From: Macrostomum hystrix
Taxonomy: Eukaryota > Animalia > Platyhelminthes
Length of the DNA stretch: 64,000 bases
Direction: 5' to 3'
Assembly: GCA_950097015.1 (NCBI GenBank)
Contig: CATNEN010000011.1
Location: 5,022,001-5,086,000, forward strand
Positions 11,701-24,579 of this stretch are shown in pieces; position 1 is the stretch's first letter, and each line of letters starts with the position of its first letter. The translations under genes and the position numbers were made by a program. The notes below the pieces were generated by a model that saw only the letters and a list, made by a program, of their open reading frames with translations, was not told the origin of the DNA and ran no database searches.

Positions 11701-14700
11701 GCTGGGTGCACTCTTCAACGAACCATTCTGACAGCGATCTCCGCTCAATCCAAGGCCGCAGTCGCATTGAATGCCGTCGGCTACCTCTCGGCAGCGACCG
11801 TGACTGCCGCAGGTGGTCGGCGCGCACCGCTCGCGCCATTTTTCGCATCGTCGACCTGGTGAAAAAGTTTTCGACGTGGCATACATCATCTGAGTTGGAT
11901 TCTCAATTTATAGACAACTCTGATAGTCTTATTTATCGGAAAGAAATTGGACTCGAAAGTCACCTATCAGATAGATATCTCAAGGTTGAAATAATTATCT
12001 TGTTCGTTAGACAGAGATGTCAACTGTTCGACAGGGAAGACAGCCGAGATTTTCACCTTTAGTTTTCTGGACAGCGTGGTAGCTCACCTGCAAGACAGGT
12101 ATCTCACCTTTTCGACTGTTAGCTCACCTTTTAGAGAGGTAGCTCACCTTTTAGATTGGCATCTTACCTGTAGGACAGTTATCATCAATTTTGGACATGT
12201 GCTCCATCTTTTAGATAAGATAAAATACTATGGTATCTCATATTTTAGGCCGGTGTCTTGTTGTCCTGAAGACATTCTGATTCTGATCATTTTTTGACTG
12301 GTACGGATCACACCCTGTTAGACATTTATATTATGAGAAAATAACTTTTCGTGGCGTCTTTGTTTGATAAAACATTTCAAAAAGCAGCATCGCAAAGATT
12401 GAAGATTGACAATGCGAGAACGCTTATAACTCCGCTCACCTGTATAATCACCGGGGCACAGGCATTGATAGCCGGTAGCTTCGTGCTCAGGGCGGCAGGT
12501 GCCACCGTTCAGGCAAGGCCCGCTAGTTCCATTGATCGAACAGACAACCGCCTGAGTGACTTCGCCGCCAATCCTAGCCGAATCCCTGGCGGCATTGTCC
12601 CCGACGATGATTGGCCGACCTTCAACTGCCAGCCGGCTGACATCGCCGTCGAAGCATACGGTTTCGGCGGCTCCAAGTTGAACTGCCAGACGGCCGATCA
12701 GTGGAGCCGGGGCGCAGCCCAGGTAGAAAACCTTCGGCAAGCCAAGGCCCTGGCGATCGCCCGGAGTCGACTTCTCCACCGGCCTGCTGTCCGAGCCGTT
12801 GTTCCGATCGTCTATGGCCGAAGCTTCCGCCGCTGTCACAGTCAGCCGACCGGTGCGACCGACTCTTGATAGACCGGCGATGGTCCAGACCCCCGGACTG
12901 ACCGGCTGCCGACTGCGCAACAGAACAGACCCGGAGCCCAGGTTGAACCGGTAGACCAGGAACCAATCCACCAGGCTGAGGCTCAGGAAATCTGTACCGG
13001 GCAGTCCTGTGCCACTGTACAAGATCAGGCCTGTTGGATTCGGGTTCCATATCGACACTGGTGACGACTCAAATGGATAGCCCACCTGTCTTAGAGATGG
13101 ACACCCTATCTTTCATTACAGATAGACACCTTACCTGTCTTATAGAGGGGTGAATGGCCGAGCGCTTAACGCGTTTGCCTCACGCACCAAGGTCCCTGAG
13201 CTCGATTCCGCAGCGAGGACACATTTACTTGGGGCGCAACAGCGGAGAGAAGGCTTAAAGAGATGGACACCCTACCTGTCTTGTATAGATGGACACCCTA
13301 CCTGTCTTGTATAGATGGACACCCTACCTGTCTTGTATAGATGGACACCCTACCTGTCTTGTAGAGATGGACACCCTACCTGTCTTGTATAGATGGACAC
13401 CCTACCTGTCTTTTATAGATGGACACCCTACCTGTCTTTTATAGATGGACACCCTACCTGTCTTGTACAGATGGACACCCTACCTGTCTTGTATAGATGG
13501 ACACCCTACCTGTCTTGTAGAGATGGACACCCTACCTATCTTATATAGATAGACACCCGCTTGTCTTTGGCGTTAGACACCCATACATCTATACACCCTT
13601 AGATTCATGTTGATTAGTACGAGTTCGTATAATGATATTGTTACGTTATGAATAAAAGATAATGTAATTTAGTAAATTTTAATTAATTGGCCTTTTTAAA
13701 CTCTTCAAACTTTTCCTAGAAACTTTCAGGATAAGTATAAGGAATACTGCAGAGATAATGCTACCATTCCCATCTTGATTAAGCCGCAGTGGGCAGTGGA
13801 TTACGGGACTATCAGTAGAACTAAATCCTACGTATTGTTTTACACACTAAATATTAAAATGCCAAATCTCGATTCCATTCAACCGCGTCAGGCCGCACCG
13901 CATGAAATTCTTCTAGCTAGGGGATCATCCATTTAGCCCCACCATCACTCTGCAGCTTCCCCTGCCAGATATCCCACCCGCGATGGGACCAGCAGTTGAA
14001 GACAGTAAGACAGGCTGCACTTTAAAGACTGTTTCCTGATATCACTGTCCGGGTGGCTGGGGTGGCTGGGGTGCAGTGAGGGACAGAGTAAGATGAAGGA
14101 CATACGAACACCATGACTGGGGGTTTGACAAGTGCGCTTTCCAAATCCTTTTGATGAAAAGATTAGCAAACGTATTTCAATGCCAAATAGAATTCCATTT
14201 GTTAGAACTCTGGAGAATTATATTTCCGCTCTTGATTTACCTGGTAAACTAAAAGTCAAGGAGGTAATCATAACAATTGCAGGAGAGCTGCAGGCAATGG
14301 CACATCATTTGGTGACACTAGACCCGCAGCCAGCGAGGAGGCAATTCTGCCCATTTCTCTGACTCCTGAGCACACACGCACACAGGTGTGTACACGTGCC
14401 CTGACTTTCTCATCGTCAGGCAGTGTACACTCTCACTGTGCCTTGAAGGTTGGCCCTCAGGGGCGTAAATTGCACGACAAGCCCCGAAGCCTATTGTGGC
14501 TTCTCCGCGGAATCGAGCTCAGGGACCTTGGTGCGAGAGGCAAACCTGTTTAACCACTGTGCCACTGACCCCCTGGTAAATTACGAGTACTATCCTAACG
14601 AGTAAATAAAAGTTCTAACAGGTTAATTATGTCCTCACCAAGTCCTCGTCTAGCGCGGAACGCCACCTCGATGTCGTGTCGCAGGTAGGGCAGGCCAATC

Positions 14701-17700
14701 AGATGCAGGCTGAGATAGCTCGATTGAGATGTACTCGGCAGACCCAGTTGAGGTGGACGATTGTGAAACGAAGGTATCAGGCGTTGCACCTGAATGAATG
14801 AAGGCGAATTTAGGTCAAAGGCAGTTAGTGACATTTTTGTGACCATAGAGAGGTGAGGCTACTAGACAGGTGAGGTTACTTGACAGGTGTGGCTACTAGA
14901 CAGGTGAGGCTACTAGACAGGTGAGGCTACTAGACAGGTGAGGCTACTTGACAGGTGAGGCTACTAGACAGGTGAGGCTACTAGACAGGTGAGGCTACTA
15001 GACAGGTGAGGCTACTAGACAGGTGAGGCTACTAGACAGGTGAGGCTACTAGACAGGTGAGGCTACTAGACAGGTGAGGCTACTAGACAGGTGAGGCTAC
15101 TAGACAGGTGAGGCTACTAGACAGGTGAGGCTACTAGACAGGTGAGGCTACTAGACAGGTGAGGCTACTAGACAGGTGAGGCTACTAGACAGGTGAGGCT
15201 ACTAGACAGGTGAGGCTACTAGACAGGTGAGGCTACTAGACAGGTGAGGCTACTAGACAGGTGAGGCTACTAGACAGGTGAGGCTACTAGACAGGTGAGG
15301 CTACTAGACAGGTGAGGCTACTAGACAGGTGAGGCTACTAGACAGGTGAGGCTACTAGACAGGTGAGGCTACTAGACAGGTGAGGCTACCAGACAGGTGA
15401 GGCTAGCGTAGAGGTGAATCCACTTGAACCCGACAATAGCGAATCCCACTATCTCTAGTTGCAGCCATCCAAGCAGAAAGAATTTCATTGATGTGCCTGG
15501 CAGAAATTTTACAGCAGATACTTAAAGCAGAAGAGAATGCAAGCCGGCAGTGGTTTAAGGCAAGCCAAATTGGAAGGATTTATATGTGCTCCTTTGTTAT
15601 TAGTCGGACTAAAAGTGATACAGACGGTTATGGATCGCCAAGGAATGGGAAAGACTATAGGGAGAGAAAGAATGAGAGATTGCTGAAATCCCAGACAGTT
15701 GTTAGGCGAATGTTTATGATCCCAGACAGGGAGGGATGATGCAGGAAACGATCCTGCAGTATGAGGTAGAAGTCAAATTTCCCTGATTTCATCTTTGTGT
15801 TTATGCGGTTGTTCCTGGGGGGTTGGGGGGCAGCGAAGGTTTGAAAGCGCTCGCCAACCGCATGGCAACACGTTCAACACGACATGCTGACATTAGTGCG
15901 GACACGGCTGGGTTCTTCACTGTCACTGTTCCCGCATTGAAACATGACATTTCAGAATCTGGATTCGCTTTTAAGGGCAGCCATTGTTTTTTCTACAGGC
16001 AAAGTGGCAGGCTAAATAAATTGCATTCGTGCTGTATGGCTGACGCGCGCATGAAAATGAAAAGTTAGTTTTAAAATAAAATGCTTCAAATTGCGCACAC
16101 TTTCTAGGGCTGCAAAACTGACCTGCAGATCGTAAAGCAAAGTGACCCTCTCGCCACTGTGCATGGCAGCTTCGCACAGGTAAGATCCCGAGTCATTGCT
16201 GCGAAGGCGCTGCAGCCTCAGAGAACTGTTGGCGAGCTGAACATGACGACCCCTGACGGAGAGGAATGCGAATGAGGGTGTGAAATGGGGAAGTGTTAAT
16301 GGGGAGTGTTAATGAGGGAGTGTTAATATGGGAAATGTGAATGTGGGAAATTATGAATGGGGGGAGTGTGAATGGGGGAAGTATGAATGGGGGAAGTGTG
16401 AATGGGGGAAGTGTGAATGGGGGGAAGGTGTGAATGGGGGAAGTGTGAATGGGGGAAGTGTGAATGGGGGGAATGTGAATGGGGGGAAGGTGTGAATGGG
16501 GGGAAGTGTGAATAGGGGAGTGTGAAGGGACGGAGTGTGAATGGGGGAAGGTGTGAATGGGGGAAGTGTGAATGGGGGAAGGTGTGAATGGGGGAAGTGT
16601 GAATGGGGGAAGTGTGAATGGGGAGAAGTGTGAATGGGGTAATTGTGAATTGGTGGAAGTGTGAATGGGGGGGAAGTGTGAATGGGGGTAATTGTGAATT
16701 GGTGGAAGTGTGAATGGGGTAATTGTGAGTTGGTGGAAGTGTGAATTGGGGGAAGTGTGAATAGGGGGAAGTGTGAATGGGGGGAAGGTGTGAATTGGGG
16801 GAAGTGTGAATGGGGAGAAGGTGTGAATGGGGGGAAGTGTGATTGGGGGGAAGTGTGAATGGGGGAGTGTGAAGGGAGGGAGTGTGAATTGGGGGAAGGT
16901 GTGAATGGGGGGAAGTGTGAATGGGGGAATGTGAAGGGAGGGAGTGTGAATGGGGGGGAAGTGCATGTGAATGGGGGGAAGGTGTGAATGGGGGGAAGTG
17001 TGATTGGGGGAGTGTGTATGGGGAAATAGTGTGAATGGAAAAAGTGTGAATAGAAATAGTGTGCATGGAGAACAGTGTCAATGGGGGAAGCGAGAATGAT
17101 GTAAAATGCCCTGACGCGCGGTCATGGCGATGCTCACTTAGGCAGGTCGCCTCTCTCCCGTGACCAGACGGCCACTGCGGGCGCAGAGCCAGCGGTCGGA
17201 TCGCCTGGAGGCGAAACGCAGTCGAGAGTGACGCCCAGAGCGGCGGGGGCGACTGCAGCCAACCTGATGATGCGCCGGGGCAGCTCTGCCCGCTCTGAAT
17301 GGGATTATGAGGATTAGTGATCAGGATTATTAATTAGTTAAGGATGGGATAATTGGTCAGTTAAGGATGGGATTATTGGTCAGTTACGGATGGGATTATT
17401 GGTCAGTTAAGCATGGGATTATTGGTCAGTTGAGGATGGGATTACTGGTTAGTTGAGGATGTGATTAAGGGTAAGTTCAGGATGGGATTATTGGTCAGTT
17501 GAGGATGGGATTACTGGTTAGTTAAGGATGTGATTAAGGGTAAGTTCAGGATGGGATTATTGATTAGTTAAGGATGGGATTACTGGTCAGTTAAGGATGG
17601 GATTACTGGTCAGTTAGGGATGGGATTACTGGTCAGTCAACGATTGGATTTTTGGTCGGTTAAGGATGAGATTATTCGCAACTTACGGATGGGATTATTA

Positions 17701-20625
17701 GCGAATTAGGGATGGAATTATTGTGCAGAAAAGGATTTATTTATTGGTTAATTAAGGCTGGAGATTGTATTACCTAACTTGAAATAATCAATCTAGCTAT
17801 GCGGACATCATCAATAGTGATGATGAATATGATGTTAAGTGCATTCAGCTTCACAAACAATAGCTCACCTTTCACAATGATTCTCACGGAAGCCTCAATA
17901 CTGCCCAGCAAGTTAGTGGCTGTGCAGGTGTACAGCCCGGAGTCGCTCACCCTCAGTGTTGGCAGCACAAGCACCGTCTGTCCGGACTCGATTCGACTTC
18001 TGTCGGGCAGTGTCCGCCCGGAGTTCTCATTGGCGGCATCTCGAACGCGCCAAGTCAGCTGGGGTCTGGGAAATGAGGCTGCGCCAGTTTGGGGGGGGAT
18101 AATTCTATGTTTGTCTCCGGCGTTACTGTTTACATTAGTGATTGCAAAATCTTGTCCGGGATTTGGGATCTGTTAGATTGGGATCAGAATTTACAGAGGA
18201 TCTATGAATTATGACTGTGCTTATCTTCTGCTGGTTTCAATTTTGTTACGATCAAACGGAAATACCGCTATAATATTCACCTAACAGATTACACTCTGTC
18301 TAACAGGTTACACTCCCGTCTAACAGGTTACACTCCCGTCTAACAGGTTACACTCCCGTCTAATAGGTTACACTCCCGTCTAATAGGTTACACTCCCGTC
18401 TAACAGGTTAAATCCTGCCTAACAGGTAAAATTCCCATTTAACAGGTAAAAATTCTGCCTAACAGGTTATACACCTGTCTAACAGGTAAAATTCTGCCTA
18501 ACATGTTGCACTCAAGTCTAACAGGTTAAACTCCGTCTAACAGGTTACACTCGCGTCTAACAGGTTACACTGCCGTCTAACAGGTTACACTCCCGTCTAA
18601 CAGGTTACACTCCCGTCTAACAGGTTACACTCCCGTCTAACAGGTTACACTCCCGTCTAACAGGTTACACTCCCGTCTAACAGGTTACACTCCCGTCTAA
18701 CAGGTTACACTCCCGTCTAACAGGTTACACTCCCGTCTAACAGGTTACACTCCCGTCTAACATGTTACACTCCCGTCTAACAGGTTACACTCCCGTCTAA
18801 CAGGTTACACTCCCGTCTAACAGGTTACACTCCCGTCTAATAGGTTACACTCCCGTCTAACAGGTTACACTCCCGTCTAATAGGTTACACTCCCGTCTAA
18901 CAGGTTAAATCCTGCCTAACAGGTAAAATTCCCATTTAACAGGTAAAAATTCTGCCTAACAGGTTATACACCTGTCTAACAGGTAAAATTCTGCCTAACA
19001 TGTTGCACTCAAGTCTAACAGGTTACACTCCGTCTAACAGGTTACACTCCCGTCTAACAGGTTACACTCCCGTCTAACAGGTTACACTCGCGTCTAACAG
19101 GTTACACTCCCGTCTAACAGGTTACACTCCCGTCTAACAGGTTACACTCCCGTCTAACAGGTTACACTCCCGTCTAACAGGTTACACTCCCGTCTAACAG
19201 GTTACACTCCCGTCTAACAGGTTACACTCCCGTCTAACAGGTTACACTCCCGTCTAATAGGTTACACTCCCGTCTAATAGGTTACACTCCCGTCTAACAG
19301 GTTACACTCCCGTCTAACAGGTTACACTCCCGTCTAATAGGTTACACTCCCGTCTAATAGGTTACACTCCCGTCTAACAGGTTACACTCCCGTCTAACAG
19401 GTTACACTCCCGTCTAACAGGTTACACTCCCATTTAACAGGTAAAAAGTCTGCCTAACAGGTTATACTCCTGTCTAACAGGTAAAATCCTGCCTAACAGG
19501 TAAAATTCCACCTAATAGGTAAAACTCCCATTTAACAGGTAAAAATTCTGCCTAACATGTTGCACTTAAGTCTAACATACGAGCTATAACACTAGAGAAA
19601 CACAACCTTCTTGTGTTTCTTGTAATTCTTGTCTAATAGATAACATTTTTACTAATTAAAATCATTCTTTAGCAGGTTATGCTGTTTTTGAACACGTATA
19701 ATGATTATCTAACATTTAAGATTCTTGTCTAACAGGTGGGATTTCTGAGTAACAGGTGAGATTTTTGTCTAACAGGTGAGATTCTTGTCTAAAATATGAG
19801 ATTCTTGTCTAACAGGTGAGATTCTTGTCTAACAGGTGAGATTCCTGTCTAACAGGTGAGATTCTTGTCTAACAGATGAGATTCCTGTCTAACAAGTGAG
19901 ATTCTCGTCTAACATATGAGATTCTTGTCTAACAGGTGAGATTCTTGTCTAACAGGTGAGATTCTTGTCTAACAGGTGAGATTCTTGTCTAAAATATGAG
20001 ATTCTTGTCTAAGATATGAGATTTTTGTCTAAAATGTGAGATTCTTGTCTAACAGGTGAGATTCTTGTCTAACAGATGAGATTCCTGTCTAACAAGTGAG
20101 ATTCTCGTCTAACATATGAGATTCTTGTCTAACAGGTGAGATTCTTGTCTAACAGGTGAGATTCTTGTCTAACAGGTGAGATTCTTGTCTAAAATATGAG
20201 ATTCTTGTCTAAGATATGAGATTTTTGTCTAACATATGAGATTCTTGTCTAACAGGTGAGATTCTTGTCTAACAGGTGAGATTCCTGTCTAACAGGTGAG
20301 ATTCCTGTCTAACAGGTGAGATTCTTGTCTGACAGGTGAGATTCTTGTCTGACAGGTGAGATTCCTGTCTAACAGGTGAGATTCTTGTCTGACAGGTGAG
20401 ATTCCTGTCTAACAGGTGAGATTCCTTTCTAAACATTTGAATTGGCAAACTGCACTCACAGCCCAGATGACAGGTGAGTCGGGCTGTATCACCCACATCA
20501 TAGGTGGCCACTGGCACTCTTGTTAGCCGGTGGGTGACGGGCGGTGGCAATCCATCGGCTGCTGATGACGTAACGACCAATGCGATTAGCAGGCTATAAA
20601 TTATCCGACAATAATTGACTGTCAT
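8783..20625 (-). CDS. Secreted perlecan/agrin-type protein, 1012 aa: signal peptide, 2 Ig, LamG, 2 EGF, LamG, 2 EGF, LamG
   Basis: 10 GT-AG, phase-consistent exons: 20460-20625, 17869-18078, 17138-17294, 16123-16252, 14639-14789, 12440-13030, 11724-11855, 10930-11141, 10084-10687, 8783-9468 (3039 nt). Ig motifs DSGLYTCTATN and DSGSYLC; LamG motifs GLILYSG, GLLMFSG and NIYIGGLP; four 6-Cys EGF units. Confidence 0.9.
9520..9948. repeat. 28-bp minisatellite (caggtgagtgaatacactccttgtctaa)n, about 15 copies, intron 9
   Basis: Direct reading. Confidence 0.95.
13085..13560. repeat. 26-bp minisatellite (agatggacaccctacctgtcttgtat)n, intron 5, interrupted by a SINE head
   Basis: Direct reading; regular from 13261. 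Confidence 0.9.
13147..13256 (+). mobile_element. tRNA-derived SINE, 5' head only
   Basis: tggccgagcgcttaacgcgtttgcctcacgcaccaaggtccctgagctcgattccg has A/B-box-like motifs and resembles tRNA-Val. Confidence 0.75.
14270..14573 (-). mobile_element. tRNA-derived SINE, near full length
   Basis: Minus strand gggggtcagtggcacagtggttaaac...gagctcgattcc; body and 3' end collinear with 43547-43903. Confidence 0.85.
14850..15405. repeat. 17-bp minisatellite (ctagacaggtgaggcta)n, about 32 copies, intron 4
   Basis: Direct reading. Confidence 0.95.
16265..17090. repeat. G-rich ~14-16-bp minisatellite (gtgtgaatggggg(g)aa)n, intron 3
   Basis: Direct reading; many G4-G7 runs. Confidence 0.9.
17300..17720. 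repeat. 23-bp minisatellite (ggatgggattattggtcagttaa)n, intron 2
   Basis: Direct reading. Confidence 0.9.
18290..19575. repeat. 20-bp minisatellite (gtctaacaggttacactccc)n with a ~500-bp higher-order block, intron 1
   Basis: Variant block aatcctgcctaacaggtaaaattcccattt recurs at about 18411 and 18908, and in altered form near 19480. Confidence 0.95.
19730..20430. repeat. 20-bp minisatellite (attcttgtctaacaggtgag)n, intron 1
   Basis: Direct reading. Confidence 0.95.
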
Positions 20626-21224
20626 AGCTGCGGTGCAAGTTCGGGACTAGTTAAAATGAAATCTCAACGTCAGTTTTTCCCATCAATTAATATTTTAGGC
20701 TTTGAAAAAAATTATTATCCGCTGCAGACATGTTAAATTCAACGAAAAATGGCTTTTTCTACAGGCCAACTGTTTTATCCCCCCGAAAACCAGCCAGGAA
20801 ACCTTTCAGTGGAGCAGCTGGGTTCTCTCCTATTGGTTGAAGCGATTTTCCCACTAAAGGAAGCTTTGAAGAAGTGTGCGCATATAAACACGATTCACTT
20901 CCCACAGCACACACACCATATAGAGAGAGGGGGGATAGACACAGAGAAAGTGAGAGGTCGTTTATAGAATCCTGGGGCGACATTCGTTAAAGCGTTGTGT
21001 GACGATTCTACAGCTGACCCCCGTGACCACAGCTGACGGAATTTCTTGAAAACTTTGCCAACTTTTGCACTGCTGCCTCGATTCAGCTCGTAAAGAATTT
21101 TTTGAACTTGGACATAAGAACTTCATAGACTCGTATATAGTATAGATAGAGGACAGCAAAAGTACATTTACAGTAGGAACATCAGGAACGATCAGGAATG
21201 TCGTTTCATGCAAGCCAAAGCGTA

Positions 21225-21508
21225 GGGGGTCGGTGGCAGAGCTGTGCTCGATTCCGCGGCGAGGCCACATTTATTTGGGGCGCAGCCGCGAAGAGAAGGC
21301 TCGGGGGCTTGTCGTGCAATTTACGCCCTTGAGGGCCAACCTCCAAGGCAAAGTGAAAGTGTACACTGCCTGGCGATGAGAAAGTCATGGCAGATGTACA
21401 CACCTGTGTGAGCGTGTGCCTGCGTACAGTATCTGTGTGCCTGTGTGCTCAGGAGTCAGCGAAATGGGCAGAATTGCCTCCTCGCTGGCTGCGGGTCTAG
21501 TGTCACCA
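21225..21508 (+). mobile_element. tRNA-derived SINE with an internal head deletion and 3' truncation
   Basis: gggggtcggtggcagagc..ctcgattccgcggcgaggccac...gcctcctcgctggctgcgggtctagtgtcacca. Confidence 0.85.
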
Positions 21509-22059
21509 CTAGACCTTGTTAGAACACGCCTTGTTAGAACAGGCGTTTCTTGTTAGAACACGCCTGTCCCACTGTTGGTTTTCTTGTCGCCTTTTAACCA
21601 GCTGTTTTTTTCGTTCCGGGAAACTTCGCGGCGGGAGAAACGAATTTTGAAACATATTTCTCTGCTTTCTCCCCAAGACAACTGTTGAATTTCCCAGGCT
21701 GCGCAGTCAGCGGTCGCAGATGTTACCGATTTCCGGAATTCCGTCTTGTATCTGAAATGGCTTTTAAATTTGTAATTTTTTTGCTTGCGTAAGCAGCTGA
21801 TGAGTTGCGAGTTGTACAAGTGTGACGGATGGCAGCCCATTGGGTTCATGCCAATTTCCTAACTGAACGCCAACAGCTTCCCATTCTCTTTTCCCACACG
21901 CGTCCTTGCATCCTATCAATGCCGCTAGCCTCTTCCCCTCTGAAAATATCCTTGCTAAATCCTAATAACTATAGCTTTAAAGCTCATCAGTGCATGCACC
22001 GTTTCATATTTACTCATCAATGCTCATCCCACCGAATAGCGTCTACTCACAGCTCATTC

Positions 22060-23835
22060 CCATCTAATCCCATTCAATCCCTTTTAATCCCATCTAATCC
22101 CATTCAATCCCTTTTAATCCCATCTAATCCAATATGGCCCCTTCTAATCCCATCTGATCCCATCTAATCCCATCTAATCCTATCTAATCCCATTTAATCT
22201 CTTCTTGTCCTATCTAATCCCATCTTATCCCTTCTTATCCCATCTAATCCCATCTAATCCCATCTTATCCCATCTTATCCCATCTTATCCCATCTAATCC
22301 CATCTAATCCAATCTAATCCCATCTAATCCCATCTTATCCAATCTTATCCCATCTAATCCCATTTAATCTCTTCTTGTCCTATCTAATCCCATCTTATCC
22401 CTTCTTATCCCATCTAATCCCATCTAATCCCATCTTATCCCATCTTATCCCATCTTATCCCATCTAATCCCATCTTATCCCATCTAATCCCATCTAATCC
22501 CATCTAATCCCATCTAATCCCATCTAATCCTATCTAATCCCATTTAATATCTTCTTGTACGTCCCATCTAATCTCATCTTATCCCATCTTATCCCATCTA
22601 ATCCCATCTAATCCCATCTAATCCCATCTAATCCGATCTAATCCGATCTAATCCCATATTATCCCATCTAATCCCATCTAATCCCATCTTATCCCATCTA
22701 ATCCCATCTTATCCCATCTAATCCCATCTAATCCCATCTAATCCTATCTAATCCCATTTAATATCTTCTTGTACGTCCCATCTAATCTCATCTTATCCCT
22801 TCTTATCCCATCTAATCCCATCTAATCCGATCTAATCCCATATTATCCCATCTAATCCCATCTAATCCCATCTTATCCCATCTAATCCCATCTTATCCCA
22901 TCTAATCCCATCTAATCCCATCTAATCCTATCTAATCCCATTTAATATCTTCTTGTACGTCCCATCTAATCTCATCTTATCCCTTCTTATCCCATCTAAT
23001 CCCATCTAATCCCATCTAATCCCATCTAATCCCATATTATCCCATCTAATCCCATCTAATCCCATCTTATTCCTTCTTATCCCATCTAATCCCATCTAAT
23101 CCCATCTTATTCCTTCTTATCCCATCTAATCCAATCTAATCCCATCTAATCCCATCTAATCCCATCTAATCCCATCTAATCCCATCTAATCCCATCTTAT
23201 CCCATCTTATCCCATCTAATCCCATCTGATCCTATCTAATCCCATCTAGTCCCATCTAATCCCATCTAATCCCATCTAATCCCATCTAATCCCATCTAAT
23301 CCCATCTAATCCCATCTTATTCCTTCTTATCCCATCTAATCCCATCTAATCCCATCTAATCCCATCTAATCCCATCTAATCCCATCTAATCCCATCTTAT
23401 CCCATCTTATCCCATCTAATCCCATCTGATCCTATCTAATCCCTTCTTATCCCATCTAATCCCATCTAATCCCATCTAATCCCATCTAATCCTATCTGAT
23501 CCTATCTAATCCCTTCTTATCCCATCTAATCCCATCTAATCCCATCTAATCCCATCTAATCCCATCTTATCCCATCTTATCCCATCTAATCCCATCTTAT
23601 CCCATCTTATCCCATCTAATCCCATCTGATCCTATCTAATCCCTTCTTATCCCATCTAATCCCATCTAATCCCATCTAATCCCATCTAATCCCATCTTAT
23701 CCCATCTTATCCCATCTAATCCCATCTGATCCTATCTAATCCCTTCTTATCCCATCTAATCCCATCTAATCCCATCTAATCCCATCTAATCCCATCTGAT
23801 CCTATCTAATCCCATCTAGTCCCATCTGATCCCAG
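22060..23835. repeat. 10-bp minisatellite (cccatctaat/cccatcttat)n
   Basis: Direct reading. Confidence 0.95.
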
Positions 23836-24217
23836 TAAAATACTAACCTATTTTAAAGCCATCTTTTTATGGCTCACGAACTTATTTTTTAAATCAACTG
23901 TGAAGGAATATTCAACGTTAGATTCCCGTCTTAGTCATTTTCTTACTGGAAGCACAGAATTTTACAGTAACAAATAAGCAGTTGCCCTTGTTACCTTCCT
24001 ATTGCATAATCCTATAGCAGCAAGATAATCAGTTAATTTAATCTGTTTCTTTCCATTACTGGTCCAGTCACTCGTGCACTATCATTACATAATCCCACAG
24101 CCGCCCCAGATAGGCTTAGCTTCAAAATGTTACGTCAGACAAAGTGTTAAGCTTCAAAGAAATAGGAAACCAACAGTGCTTACATCTCACTTAGGCCAGT
24201 AAGTCTGCTTGATTATC

Positions 24218-24281
<64 letters not shown>

Positions 24282-24309
24282 TAATAATAATATTAATAAT
24301 AATAATAAC

Positions 24310-24340
<31 letters not shown>
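24218..24340. repeat. (AAT)n microsatellite
   Basis: Direct reading. Confidence 0.95.
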
Positions 24341-24342
<2 letters not shown>

Positions 24343-24579
24343 GTGGGCAGGGCCAAAGTATGTGCAATTTTTTTGTTGTTTACGAACGAAACAAACGAAA
24401 AAGTACAAAAGTAGCAGTGCAAGTTTAACTATTTGCAATTGTTTGCTTGCTACTTAAAAGGGCTCGTTTTTTACTTCTTTTACTATAAATTCTAAGAAAC
24501 CTCACATCGTACTGTCGGTACTGGCAGGGCAGCTGTTGTCTTATTGTCCCGGCTATTAATATCCAGCTCTTATAATAAA

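Noticed and set aside
16193-17081. 257/252-aa Pro/His-rich ORFs
   Set aside because: Translation of an intronic G-rich minisatellite in several frames.
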